A stretch of DNA of 64,000 bases from Bacteroides uniformis. Lineage in GTDB: Bacteria; Bacillota_I; Bacilli_A; RFN20; CAG-826. Positions 29,828-39,103 of this stretch are shown here, one piece after another (positions within the stretch are counted from its first letter, which is position 1; each line of letters opens with the position of its first letter). The DNA is taken from assembly GCA_963641445.1 (NCBI GenBank), contig CAVIBR010000005.1, positions 36,430 through 100,429 of the forward strand, given 5' to 3'. A program made the translations under genes and the position numbers. The notes beneath the pieces are model-generated. The model saw only the letters and a list, made by a program, of their open reading frames with translations, did not search any database and was not told where the DNA came from.

Positions 29828-31033
29828 ATGAAATTTGAATCTATTTATCAATTAAGCAAAGATTTATCAGATGATGAATTACTAAAACAAATTGAAAAAA
29901 GAAAGAATTCATCGATTGTTTTTGATTATGATAACAAATTATATCTAGCTTATGATTTTTCTTATCTAAATTTGATATTAGACTGCACCGAGCATGAACA
30001 GCGATTGAAGTCATGTTTTGAATCTCTAAATCAATTTGAGAAGACAATCTTGCTTGAAGAATCGTCAATCAAAGAGTTAAAAATCCTCTTTGGATATTCG
30101 TTTATCAGAAATACTCCTCAATATATCTTTTCATGTTGGAATGACGAAGAAATTGGAAAAAATAGTTATTTCATTAACGCATATAAGGACCTAATTTCTT
30201 CCAAAGTTAAATCTCCTTTAAGCATTGATTCACTAAATGCAATTTACGAAAAATATGTTAAGCCACGTAATATTGCTTTTAAGAAAAAGAACATCAAAAA
30301 ATTTCATAAATTCAGGGATACTCCATTTTCTAATGATCTTGAATATTCAACATTAAGCAATATTCTTCCCAAAAACACATATAAAAAATGTCTTTCTTTG
30401 TTTAACAAAACTCCAGTTAAAGAAGATGAAGTTATCTCTAAGATGAATCAAACTTTGAATGTTCTTTCTAATCCTGACCTTGATATTTATTCCAAAGGGG
30501 CTATTTTTCTTTTGAGTTTTTTAAAGACTATGCCTTACTATGGGGTTTTAGATAATGTCTTTATGGCTAGCTTTGCTTTAGCTTCTTACTTTTATAACGA
30601 AGGGAAGACTCTTTTAGCAGTTTCCATCTGGCAGATTTTCTTTTCTGACGAAAGCCTATCTTTCCTAATCAACTACGCTTATGAAACTTTTAGCAAAGAC
30701 AATCATGGCGATCTTATGCATTTTGTTTATCCATTTGTTTCATTACTAAAAGATGGCATTTTGAAAATGAACCAATCACTAAAATTATCTCAAACGAAGA
30801 AAGACAATCTTAGAAAGAGTATTGGAGATGATTTTTCTAAATCTGAGAAAGAAATAATTGATGCCCTGCTTTCTTCATCTATTTATTCCTCTTTTGGCAT
30901 AGGCGTTAAAAGAATAGAAGAAGTAAGCAAAATCTCCTTACCAACAATTAATCGCTTATTAAAGAAATTAAAAGATAAAGGAAGACTTGATAAAATTAGA
31001 ATCGGGAAAAACGATTTTTATAAAGTTATTTAA
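29828..31033 (+). CDS. hypothetical protein with a C-terminal winged-HTH; possible degenerate Fic-like protein
   Basis: 401 aa. The C-terminal LPTINRLLKKLKDKGRLDKIRIGKNDFY is wHTH-like. The central region TMPYYGVLDNVFMASFAL aligns loosely to the Fic HPFxDGNGRxxRLL core but lacks the His and the GNGR. Confidence 0.4.
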   Translation: MKFESIYQLSKDLSDDELLKQIEKRKNSSIVFDYDNKLYLAYDFSYLNLILDCTEHEQRLKSCFESLNQFEKTILLEESSIKELKILFGYSFIRNTPQYIFSCWNDEEIGKNSYFINAYKDLISSKVKSPLSIDSLNAIYEKYVKPRNIAFKKKNIKKFHKFRDTPFSNDLEYSTLSNILPKNTYKKCLSLFNKTPVKEDEVISKMNQTLNVLSNPDLDIYSKGAIFLLSFLKTMPYYGVLDNVFMASFALASYFYNEGKTLLAVSIWQIFFSDESLSFLINYAYETFSKDNHGDLMHFVYPFVSLLKDGILKMNQSLKLSQTKKDNLRKSIGDDFSKSEKEIIDALLSSSIYSSFGIGVKRIEEVSKISLPTINRLLKKLKDKGRLDKIRIGKNDFYKVI

Positions 31034-31038
31034 GCACT

Positions 31039-31830
31039 ATGGAAGATAAAGATATATTGCGTGGAAGAATCTATGATTTGATCGACAAAGCTGAAAAATA
31101 TTATTGCCCAGTCTCTTCAAAGTTTTTCTCATATTCGGAAATTTCAATAATCAAACAAATCTTAAAAGAAGAAAAACTCATCTCTAGCGAATCAAAAATA
31201 GGAGATTTGGTATATTTCTTCTTTGGTGGAATTGATGAAAGCGATGCAGGATGTCTCTTCCTTGTCCCGGATATCTTTAGTGAAGAAGATATTAAGAAAG
31301 ATAACGATTTCATATCTTGCCTACATATAAGCCCTAAAAACGTTAAATTCTCTGATTCTTTAACACATCGAGATGTTTTAGGCTCAATAATGAATCTAGG
31401 ATATGAAAGAGATGAATTCGGTGATATCTATATCAAAGACAATGATATATACGTTTTTCTTCTGAAAGAAATAGCCGACAATATCAAAAACGAACTAACG
31501 AAAATTAAACATACGAACGTGAAATCAGAAATCATTCCTCCATCAAAATGCCCATATAAAATAGAGTTTGAAGAAAAAACAATAAATATTTCTTCACCAA
31601 GGCTTGATAGCATCATCGCGGAGACTTTCAATCTTTCGAGAAGTTCTTCTCAAGAATTGATTCAAAACAAAAACGTTTTCATTAAAGGGCAAACAATTCT
31701 TGATAACGATTATCTTCCGTGTGATATGGAAAGAATATCCATAAGAGGGCATGGAAAATTCATATATTTAGGGATAATGGGAAAGACAAGAAAAGATCGT
31801 TTTATCGCTAAAGTGGAAGTCTATAAATAA
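31039..31830 (+). CDS. YlmH-like RNA-binding protein with a C-terminal S4 domain
   Basis: 263 aa. The C-terminal SPRLDSIIAETFNLSRSSSQELIQNKNVFIKGQ is an S4 RNA-binding motif. The size and layout resemble YlmH. Confidence 0.55.
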   Translation: MEDKDILRGRIYDLIDKAEKYYCPVSSKFFSYSEISIIKQILKEEKLISSESKIGDLVYFFFGGIDESDAGCLFLVPDIFSEEDIKKDNDFISCLHISPKNVKFSDSLTHRDVLGSIMNLGYERDEFGDIYIKDNDIYVFLLKEIADNIKNELTKIKHTNVKSEIIPPSKCPYKIEFEEKTINISSPRLDSIIAETFNLSRSSSQELIQNKNVFIKGQTILDNDYLPCDMERISIRGHGKFIYLGIMGKTRKDRFIAKVEVYK

Positions 31831-32095
31831 AAAATCCTCGTAAGAGGACCTAGATAAAATAAAAAAGCCCCAAATTGCCAGAAAGAGGGGAACTTTTGCT
31901 GACTTAACAGCGGGCAACTTGGTGCACATAAATATTAAACAATTAAACTTAAATTAACCTAAAAAGATTTGAAAAAAATTTAAAAATTTTAAAAAGTGAT
32001 AAAAATATCGATAAACACTAGACTTTTTAGATATAAAAAATGATAACTTTTCTTTTTATTTTCTTTTTAATTGAAAGGTAAGAAAATATTAAATA

Positions 32096-32538
32096 TGGAA
32101 CTAGAAACATTTCATCAAAAGGTAGGAGAAATATTGATGTACTGTCAGTGCATAGAACATGATGTTAAGTGCATTTATGCCTTCATGGCTGATGGAGGTT
32201 TTAAGGAGAATATGCAACGTTTCAAAGAGGAAAAACTAACCCTTGGCCAGATCGTTTATATGTTGAAAGCGTATGACCAAAGCTGGGATACGCCTTTTTT
32301 AAGTGAAGAAGATTATGACATTCTCTTTGAGGTCGTTCACAAAAGAAATTATTATGCCCACAATGTTTACCTTTCTTTTTGCTATTTGGTAAATGAAGAA
32401 GATTTCGATCGCGTTTATGAAGATGAATGCTCTTTATTGCTTGCTGACGTCAAGAAACTTTCTTATTTATACGAAAAAGTAGAAGAAAAACGTATCGAAT
32501 ACATGAAAGATGATCTAGATTTAGTTATTGAGGATTAA
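32096..32538 (+). CDS. hypothetical protein with an Rx4H (HEPN-like) motif
   Basis: 147 aa from the ATG at 32096 (the ORF track used a TTG at 32071). Contains HKRNYYAHN. Its end is 3 nt before the start of the next gene. Confidence 0.4.
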
Positions 32539-32540
32539 GT

Positions 32541-33215
32541 ATGAAACAAATTGGTATGATTATCGCTGTGGAGTTCACTCCATTTAAGGAAGCATATGGC
32601 GAGGCAAATGAAGTTATTAAAGAAAAGGGATATGAGGTCTCAATTTATAAAAAGGATAACTATTCTCTTTATGTCATTCCTTCAGGAGAAGGAGAAGTTG
32701 CAGCGGCAATTTGCACCCAATATCTAATTGACAAATTTGGCGTTGAAATGATTTTGAACTATGGCGTTGTTGGAGGATTATCCGATAAGCTTGGACATGC
32801 TCTAACATGCGTTGTTAAAGAAGTAGTGGATTACCGTTTTGATACGTCGGCAATAGATAAGATTCCTGTTGGAAAACATCCAACTCTCCCAATCAATATT
32901 CCTACAAACGAATTCCTTAGAAAAAAAGCTCTTGAAGCAGTTCCTTCTTTAATAGAAGTAAGATGTGCTTCAGGCGATCGTTTTGTTGATCTTCCAGAGG
33001 AGAAAAAAGAAATCCACGGGACTTTCGCTGCGGATATTTGCGAAATGGAGGCGGCAGGAATCCTTCTTACATGTCTTAGAAATGATGTTCCTTCACTCTT
33101 TATAAAAGTTATCGCAGACACCCTTTTTGGCGGAGCAAACGAATACTCTGACAAATCACAAAAAGCAGCAAGAGAATGTGTCAAAATCCTTGAACACATA
33201 ATGAATCAACTATAA
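32541..33215 (+). CDS. nucleoside phosphorylase-family protein (MTA/SAH nucleosidase-like, PNP_UDP_1)
   Basis: An N-terminal Glu in IGMIIAVEF, plus the CEMEAAGI motif, parallel the MTAN catalytic residues. Confidence 0.6.
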   Translation: MKQIGMIIAVEFTPFKEAYGEANEVIKEKGYEVSIYKKDNYSLYVIPSGEGEVAAAICTQYLIDKFGVEMILNYGVVGGLSDKLGHALTCVVKEVVDYRFDTSAIDKIPVGKHPTLPINIPTNEFLRKKALEAVPSLIEVRCASGDRFVDLPEEKKEIHGTFAADICEMEAAGILLTCLRNDVPSLFIKVIADTLFGGANEYSDKSQKAARECVKILEHIMNQL

Positions 33216-33322
33216 AAAATTTACCGATATTGTTGTTAGAAATCTCTAAATAAAAATTTATCCGATTATCGCTTATTTATTATTTTTAATCGTTATAAAT
33301 GAGTTAATTTTTCCTAACCTAA

Positions 33323-33343
33323 AATAGACTTTGTAAGTCTATT
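33323..33343. promoter_or_regulatory. perfect 9-bp inverted repeat AATAGACTT-tgt-AAGTCTATT, 50 nt upstream of the large Fe-S flavoprotein gene
   Basis: Read directly from the sequence. It could be an operator, or a weak hairpin terminator for the upstream gene. Confidence 0.3.
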
Positions 33344-33395
33344 ATTGGTTTTCTTATTGCAATAAAATTAAGCATATTTTCATAGGAGAAAAAAT

Positions 33396-36176
33396 ATGGC
33401 AAGTAAGAAACATCAATGGACTGAAGGCGAAAAAGCCTGTATGGAGAAGTATTTCGCATACAAAAAAGAACATCCCGAACCAAGAAAAAATCTCATTAAA
33501 CTCGTTAAACATATCAACATGCTTAACCCTGTCGCGGATGAATATTCTTGGGAATATATCTTCTTTGATCGCTTATTAAACGATGAACAAATTGATTTCT
33601 TGCTCAAGATCAAACTTCGTAAGGAATATACGATTGATGAATTAGCAAAAATCTATGGAAAAGACGTGGTTACAACAGCAAAATTCATTAATGAATTAGT
33701 TTGCATCGGTATCCTTGAATATTGCACGGAAAAAGGCAGCAATATCGATAAAGTTAAAATGCCAGTTTTTGCTCCTGGGGGAATGGAAAATACTGCTTAT
33801 ACCGCTTCAACGCTTGAACATTCCCCAGAAATAGCTCCTGCCTTCCTTAACTATATTCTTGATCTTCAAAAGCTTATTGCTTGTTTTGTTCCACATGGCA
33901 ACGCCTTAATGAGAACAATCCCTGTTGAAAAATCTATCGCCAATTTAAGTAAGAAAGTCTCTACTGATGAAGTCTCTCATTGGCTTGATTGGGCCGAGAA
34001 AGAAGGCTGCATTGCAGTTGGGTATTGCGAATGCCGTCGCTTAAGAAGAATGGTTGGAGAAGGGACTGCTGACTTAGAAGGAGAATGGTGTATCTCTTTA
34101 GGAAAACTTGCATCTTCCTTAGTTAGAGCAGGAAAACATCGTCAAATCAGCCGTGAAGAAGCGGAGAAAATACTCAAAGAAGCAGAGAATAAGGGATACG
34201 TGCATCAATTATCGAATGTTGATGGCAAAGATTATTCATGCTTTATCTGTAACTGCCCATGGGATACTTGCATGGCTTTAAAGACATCTTGGTATACATC
34301 TTCGCCGAATCTTTCTTCATCAAATTTCCGTGCGAAAGTAGATCCAGCTAAGTGCGTTGCTTGTGGAGGGTGCGTTGAAGTATGTCCGCAAAATGCCGTT
34401 CGCTTAGGCGAGAAACTTTGCACTAAGAAACATATAAGAATCAAGCCAAAATCAGTTCCTGCCGATCATCTTTTCTTCTTTGGAGAAAAGGGCGATAAAT
34501 GGAATGGAAATTCTTTCTTAACGGATAGGGAAAACGTTTATCGTGAGACTGGAACATCTCCATGTAAGGTTGCTTGCCCTGCCCACATTGCCGTTCAAGG
34601 CTATTTGAAGTTAGCAAACGAAGGCAGATATGATGAAGCACTTGCCCTCATTAAAAAGGAAAATCCATTCCCAGCTGTTTGTGGATCCGTTTGCCATAAA
34701 TATTGCGAGCTTCAATGCACTAGAGGAAAGCTTGATGCATCAGTAGCCATTGATGAAGTAAAACGTTTCCTTGCTTTACGCGATATCAATGCAAAAACCC
34801 GTTATATTCCTGAAAAGTATTATACATATGGTCATAAGATTGCCATTATTGGTGCAGGTCCAGCTGGTTTAAGCGCGGCATATTATCTTGCAATATTAGG
34901 CCATGATGTTACGGTTTTTGATAAAAACAAACTTCCTGGTGGCATGATGAGATACGGTATGCCTTCTTTCCGTTTGGAAAAAGATCTCGTTGATGCGGAA
35001 ATAAAAGTAATTGAAGAACTTGGCGTTAAGTTCAAACAAGGCGTTGAAATAGGAAAAGATGTTACCTTAGCCGATCTCCGTAAAGAAGGATTCAAAGCCT
35101 TCTATTTAGCAATCGGTTGCCAAGGCGGAAGAGCCTTAGGAATCGAAGGAGAAAACAACGAAAACGTCATTTCCGGTGTATCTTTCCTCCATAAATATAA
35201 CGAAGAAGGATACCCATTATCTGGAAAAGTCGTAGTCGTTGGTGGAGGCAATGTTGCAATGGATGTTGCAAGAGCTGCTAAACGTGCTGGAGGAGAGGTA
35301 AGCATGTATTGCCTTGAATCTAGAGAAGAAATGCCTGCAAGCAAAGATGAAATCGAAGATGCGTTAAATGAAGGAATAGTCATTAACAACGGATGGGGAC
35401 CAAAAGTTATTCTCGGAGAGAATGGCAAAGTAAATAAAATCGTCTTCAAGAAATGCCTTTCAGTTAAAGACAAAGATGGGAAATTCAATCCTTCATATGA
35501 TGAAAATCAAACGATTGAAGCTGATGCGACATATATCTTAACTGCCATAGGCCAAAGTGTTGTCCTTAACGATCTTCTCAAAGATAGCAAAGTTGAAACT
35601 AGAAGAGGAAACTTCATCCTTGCTGATTCTTGGACCTATCAAACAAAAGAACCTGATATTTTCGTTGGCGGAGACGTTTATTCCGGACCACGTTTTGCAA
35701 TCGATGCTATAGCTGCGGGCAAAGAAGCGGCAGATTCTCTCCATCGTTACGTCCATGAAGGACATTCTCTAACCTTAGGACGTGTAAAACGTGATAATTT
35801 CGTTTCAATTGATAAAGACAATCTTGCTGATATAAAAGATTACGACCACACTCCAAGACAATATGTGAATCTCGATAAGAACAAACTAAATTCTAATCGT
35901 GATCCACGCCTTCCATTCACCGAAGAAGATGTCAAGAAAGAAACTTCACGTTGCCTATCTTGTGGAAGAGCGATCGTTGATCAAGGAATTTGCATTGGCT
36001 GCGGTCTTTGCACGACTCGTTGTCGTTTTGATGCCATCCATATGGAAAGTATGGATAAACCAAAATGGGGTCCAGATTATGAGCATCTAGTCGGAGCCGT
36101 CTTAAAAGAAGAAGGCGCTCGTATTGGAAGAAGCATCGCCCGCCCATTTAAAGGCAAGAAGGACCTCAATAAATAA
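33396..36176 (+). CDS. large Fe-S flavoprotein oxidoreductase: a novel Cys-rich N-terminal domain, 4Fe-4S ferredoxin motifs, and a GltD-like NAD(P)H/FAD domain
   Basis: 926 aa. CVACGGCVEVCPQNAV and CIGCGLCTTRC ferredoxin motifs. SPCKVACPAHI...CGSVCHKYCE (GltD/DPD N-terminal Fe-S domain). IAIIGAGPAGLSAAYYLA Rossmann motif. The N-terminal 330 aa carry CxC/CxxCxC clusters with no recognised family. Confidence 0.7.
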   Translation: MASKKHQWTEGEKACMEKYFAYKKEHPEPRKNLIKLVKHINMLNPVADEYSWEYIFFDRLLNDEQIDFLLKIKLRKEYTIDELAKIYGKDVVTTAKFINELVCIGILEYCTEKGSNIDKVKMPVFAPGGMENTAYTASTLEHSPEIAPAFLNYILDLQKLIACFVPHGNALMRTIPVEKSIANLSKKVSTDEVSHWLDWAEKEGCIAVGYCECRRLRRMVGEGTADLEGEWCISLGKLASSLVRAGKHRQISREEAEKILKEAENKGYVHQLSNVDGKDYSCFICNCPWDTCMALKTSWYTSSPNLSSSNFRAKVDPAKCVACGGCVEVCPQNAVRLGEKLCTKKHIRIKPKSVPADHLFFFGEKGDKWNGNSFLTDRENVYRETGTSPCKVACPAHIAVQGYLKLANEGRYDEALALIKKENPFPAVCGSVCHKYCELQCTRGKLDASVAIDEVKRFLALRDINAKTRYIPEKYYTYGHKIAIIGAGPAGLSAAYYLAILGHDVTVFDKNKLPGGMMRYGMPSFRLEKDLVDAEIKVIEELGVKFKQGVEIGKDVTLADLRKEGFKAFYLAIGCQGGRALGIEGENNENVISGVSFLHKYNEEGYPLSGKVVVVGGGNVAMDVARAAKRAGGEVSMYCLESREEMPASKDEIEDALNEGIVINNGWGPKVILGENGKVNKIVFKKCLSVKDKDGKFNPSYDENQTIEADATYILTAIGQSVVLNDLLKDSKVETRRGNFILADSWTYQTKEPDIFVGGDVYSGPRFAIDAIAAGKEAADSLHRYVHEGHSLTLGRVKRDNFVSIDKDNLADIKDYDHTPRQYVNLDKNKLNSNRDPRLPFTEEDVKKETSRCLSCGRAIVDQGICIGCGLCTTRCRFDAIHMESMDKPKWGPDYEHLVGAVLKEEGARIGRSIARPFKGKKDLNK

Positions 36177-36517
36177 TGCATGAGATAGGAACTCTTTCTA
36201 GGGCTATCGAAGAAATAGAAAAAGTGGCTTTAGAAAAGAAAATCGACAATATCAAAGTAGTCACTTTCCAAATAGGTGAAGCGAGTGGCTACATCACAAA
36301 ATTCTTTACTGATTATTTTCCGATTATGACGCAAGATAAACCTCTTTTTGCCAATTGCGAGTTAAAGATGATTCAAACAAAGGCTGAAGCGATTTGCCTA
36401 AATTGCCATACCTTATATAACGTCATGAAGCAAAAAGGAGTTTGTCCTCGTTGTCAATCAAGAGAAAAGGAAATGATTGGCGGTCAGGAATTTCTAATAA
36501 AAGAACTAATTTATTAA
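36176..36517 (+). CDS. hypA: HypA-like nickel/zinc metallochaperone
   Basis: 113 aa. MHE N-terminus, IGEASG, and the zinc knuckle CLNC-x13-CPRC. The start overlaps the upstream stop (TAATG). Confidence 0.65.
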   Translation: MHEIGTLSRAIEEIEKVALEKKIDNIKVVTFQIGEASGYITKFFTDYFPIMTQDKPLFANCELKMIQTKAEAICLNCHTLYNVMKQKGVCPRCQSREKEMIGGQEFLIKELIY

Positions 36518-36553
36518 ATTCAAGCGGGTTTTATAGGTGATTTTGAGATTTTT

Positions 36554-36578
36554 AAAAGGCATCGTCATGATGCCTTTT
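36554..36578. terminator. bidirectional terminator between hypA-like (+) and prs (-)
   Basis: AAAAGGCATC-gtcat-GATGCCTTTT palindromic hairpin with A and T runs on both sides. Confidence 0.55.
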
Positions 36579-36595
36579 AACATATGTATATTGTT

Positions 36596-37522
36596 TTATT
36601 TTGCGATTTCACGCTTAATTGCATCAGCAATAAGTGGAGCAATGCTAATAGTGGAAATAGATGGATTTTTGTTTTCGATTGAATCAGATACCATCAAGCA
36701 AGTAACGCCTGCATTCTTTAATTTCTCAAGAGCATTTCCGGAGAAGACGCCATGAGTGGCTGCAACCCAACAACGTTTTGCGCCATCTTCAAGAAGCTTA
36801 GCTGCAACAGCGGACATTGTTCCTGCCGTATCGATAATATCATCGACTAAGATACAAAGTTTATTTTGAACATCGCCATGCAAACCTAAGACTTTTGCCT
36901 TATTTGGAACTGGACGATGCTTATCTGCATAAGCAAATGATGAGCCAGGAAGTAAAGCAGCAAATGCTTGAGCTCTTGCAACTCCTCCATGGTCTGGTGA
37001 AACGACGGTGACATCTTTCAATGCAACGTTTGCTTCAGCTAATCTCTCTTTGAAATTTTCAGCAAAAAGTTCCATCGCGGAAAGGTTTTCTGTCTCAATG
37101 CCAAATTTAGGCATGACCTTCAAAGAATGCAAATCACATGTATATAACTTATCTGCACCAGCTGCCTTGATTAAATCAGAGACAAGCAATGCTGAGACTG
37201 GATCTCCTTCGTCAATGACTCTGTCCTGCCTTGCATATCCATAATAAGGAATAAAGACTGTTATTCTTCCAGCGTCCGCGTTCCTTAAGGCATTTAAGAA
37301 GACAAGCAATTCCATTAAACGCTCATTTGCAGGAGAGAAAGTGGAATGAATGATGAAGATGTCCTTCTGCTTAACTGGAAGCATAGGCTTAGAAAAAACT
37401 TCGCCATCAGCAAAGTGCATGACTTTAGCCTTCTCACAGTTTATCCCTAGTTGATTAGCAACATTGTTCGCTAAGGTAGGGTTTGAGCCAAGTGAGAAGA
37501 GCAATATTGAATTTAGATCCAT
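36596..37522 (-). CDS. prs: ribose-phosphate pyrophosphokinase
   Basis: PRPP synthetase motifs: FIPYYGYARQDR, and DLHS near the PRPP-binding loop (ILVDDIIDTAGT). Confidence 0.9.
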   Translation of the reverse strand: MDLNSILLFSLGSNPTLANNVANQLGINCEKAKVMHFADGEVFSKPMLPVKQKDIFIIHSTFSPANERLMELLVFLNALRNADAGRITVFIPYYGYARQDRVIDEGDPVSALLVSDLIKAAGADKLYTCDLHSLKVMPKFGIETENLSAMELFAENFKERLAEANVALKDVTVVSPDHGGVARAQAFAALLPGSSFAYADKHRPVPNKAKVLGLHGDVQNKLCILVDDIIDTAGTMSAVAAKLLEDGAKRCWVAATHGVFSGNALEKLKNAGVTCLMVSDSIENKNPSISTISIAPLIADAIKREIAK

Positions 37523-37675
37523 ACTTATTTTTACCCTTAAACAATAATACTATTATCTAAAGGAAAAAGTAACCTTTATTTACTTATGCACAGTAAAAAA
37601 TAATTAATGCAAACAAAATATTAATTGACATCTTAAAACCCTCCTTTACAATTCAATTTGTTTTAAGGAGCGATT

Positions 37676-39052
37676 ATGAAAAAAACGAATATATTAATGC
37701 TTGGAAGTTTATCTTTCATTGTTTTAGCGGGTTGCACGAACAACGTGACCTCTTCAAGTGAAGAAAGTCCATCTTCAGTAGAAGAATCATCTACTAGTAT
37801 TGAGGTCGATCCATTAGAGACGGCCCTTAAAGATGCCAAAACAAATAAGATTGCAATAAGTGGCAAATCTACTCATACCTATTACTATGGTAGTGTAGCA
37901 ATTTCAACAAAAGACGTTACAAGAACATCAACATTTACAACTTCTTTTGAAGATGATGCTTGGACTTTTTCAAATCTAGATTCAGGCATTGGAAAGGTCA
38001 CTAACTATATAAGCTATTTCAAAGACGATGACGGTTTCTTAGCCGAAGAATATATCGAAGGAGATAACTCAGTAATCTTAGTCCCGACTTTATCTACCGA
38101 CGGAGGAAGACAACTATTCGCTCCAAAATATGAGAATCCATTCAAACTCCTATCTGTTGAAGATTTCTCCCTAGATGGTGATTGCTATATCTTAAGCGGT
38201 GAAAAGGCTCAATTATTCGTCGCTCATGTATTTGACGAAGCATTTTCTGATGGTAGCCTTAAATTTACAATCAAAGATGAAAAATTCTCCTCAATATCTG
38301 CTGAAGGATTCGTTTCTTCTGACTATCTTTATGCCAAAGAAGATTCATTCGCAAGAGAAAAAGGCTTATCTTTTGAAGCAAATATCACTAAAGCCACAAA
38401 GATTTATCATATAAGTTCAGAAAAAGAAAAGAATTTCGAGACTCTTCAAACTGCTTTAGATGCAACCAGTTCAGGCAAGTTCCGTATACAAAATGGATCT
38501 AGTGTTTCAAGCATGGGTTTTGATGCGTATTTCGATGGAACAAATATCTTAGCAACTTTCAATGTTGGCGCAACATCACCTTCCGATGAAGATATGTATT
38601 TCACTCCAGGAGAAGACGGAACACTTGATTTGTATATATATAGTTCAAGCAAATCATCTTGGGTACCATTAGAAGATACGGATTATGCCGGAGAGATATA
38701 TAACTACCCAATGACATATGAAGAGATTGCTCCAAAGATGTATGAAGTTAGCGCAAATATCTTCAACAAATCTTCCTATTCAAATGGTTGTTATAACACC
38801 GCAAGCAACGCAACGAAATATGTTGGTAAGTATTTTGTCTCAATGCTTTATGATCAAATCGGATATCCAGAAGAACTCTTTAGAAATTCCGTTTCCTCTT
38901 TCCAACTTTCAAACATTACGACAAATAGCTTTGATATCGCTGTCGTTTCTAGCTATGGTGGAACAGGATACACAGTTACTTCGGATTTCTATTTACAAGT
39001 TTCTTCAATCGGAAAATGCCACATTCCTTATAAAGTAACAATCAATAAATAA
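37676..39052 (+). CDS. hypothetical surface lipoprotein
   Basis: Signal peptide and lipobox VLAGC. Ser-rich mature N-terminus. No recognisable domain. Confidence 0.55.
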   Translation: MKKTNILMLGSLSFIVLAGCTNNVTSSSEESPSSVEESSTSIEVDPLETALKDAKTNKIAISGKSTHTYYYGSVAISTKDVTRTSTFTTSFEDDAWTFSNLDSGIGKVTNYISYFKDDDGFLAEEYIEGDNSVILVPTLSTDGGRQLFAPKYENPFKLLSVEDFSLDGDCYILSGEKAQLFVAHVFDEAFSDGSLKFTIKDEKFSSISAEGFVSSDYLYAKEDSFAREKGLSFEANITKATKIYHISSEKEKNFETLQTALDATSSGKFRIQNGSSVSSMGFDAYFDGTNILATFNVGATSPSDEDMYFTPGEDGTLDLYIYSSSKSSWVPLEDTDYAGEIYNYPMTYEEIAPKMYEVSANIFNKSSYSNGCYNTASNATKYVGKYFVSMLYDQIGYPEELFRNSVSSFQLSNITTNSFDIAVVSSYGGTGYTVTSDFYLQVSSIGKCHIPYKVTINK

Positions 39053-39065
39053 CATGCTTACTTAG

Positions 39066-39097
39066 AAAAAAGAGACGGGTTTTACCGTCTCTTTTTG
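39066..39097. terminator. bidirectional intrinsic terminator
   Basis: AAAAAGAGACGG-gtttta-CCGTCTCTTTTT. Confidence 0.6.
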
Positions 39098-39103
39098 AAA
39101 ATT

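Noticed and set aside
32541-33215. Calling the PNP-family gene a phage-defence effector
   Set aside because: Catalytic residues and size fit an ordinary MTA/SAH nucleosidase. The defence association is kept only as a low-confidence finding, not as a feature call.
36176-36517. Presence of a [NiFe]-hydrogenase maturation cluster
   Set aside because: Only the HypA-like gene is present. No hypB-F and no hydrogenase subunit gene occurs in 64 kb, so I do not annotate a hydrogenase system.
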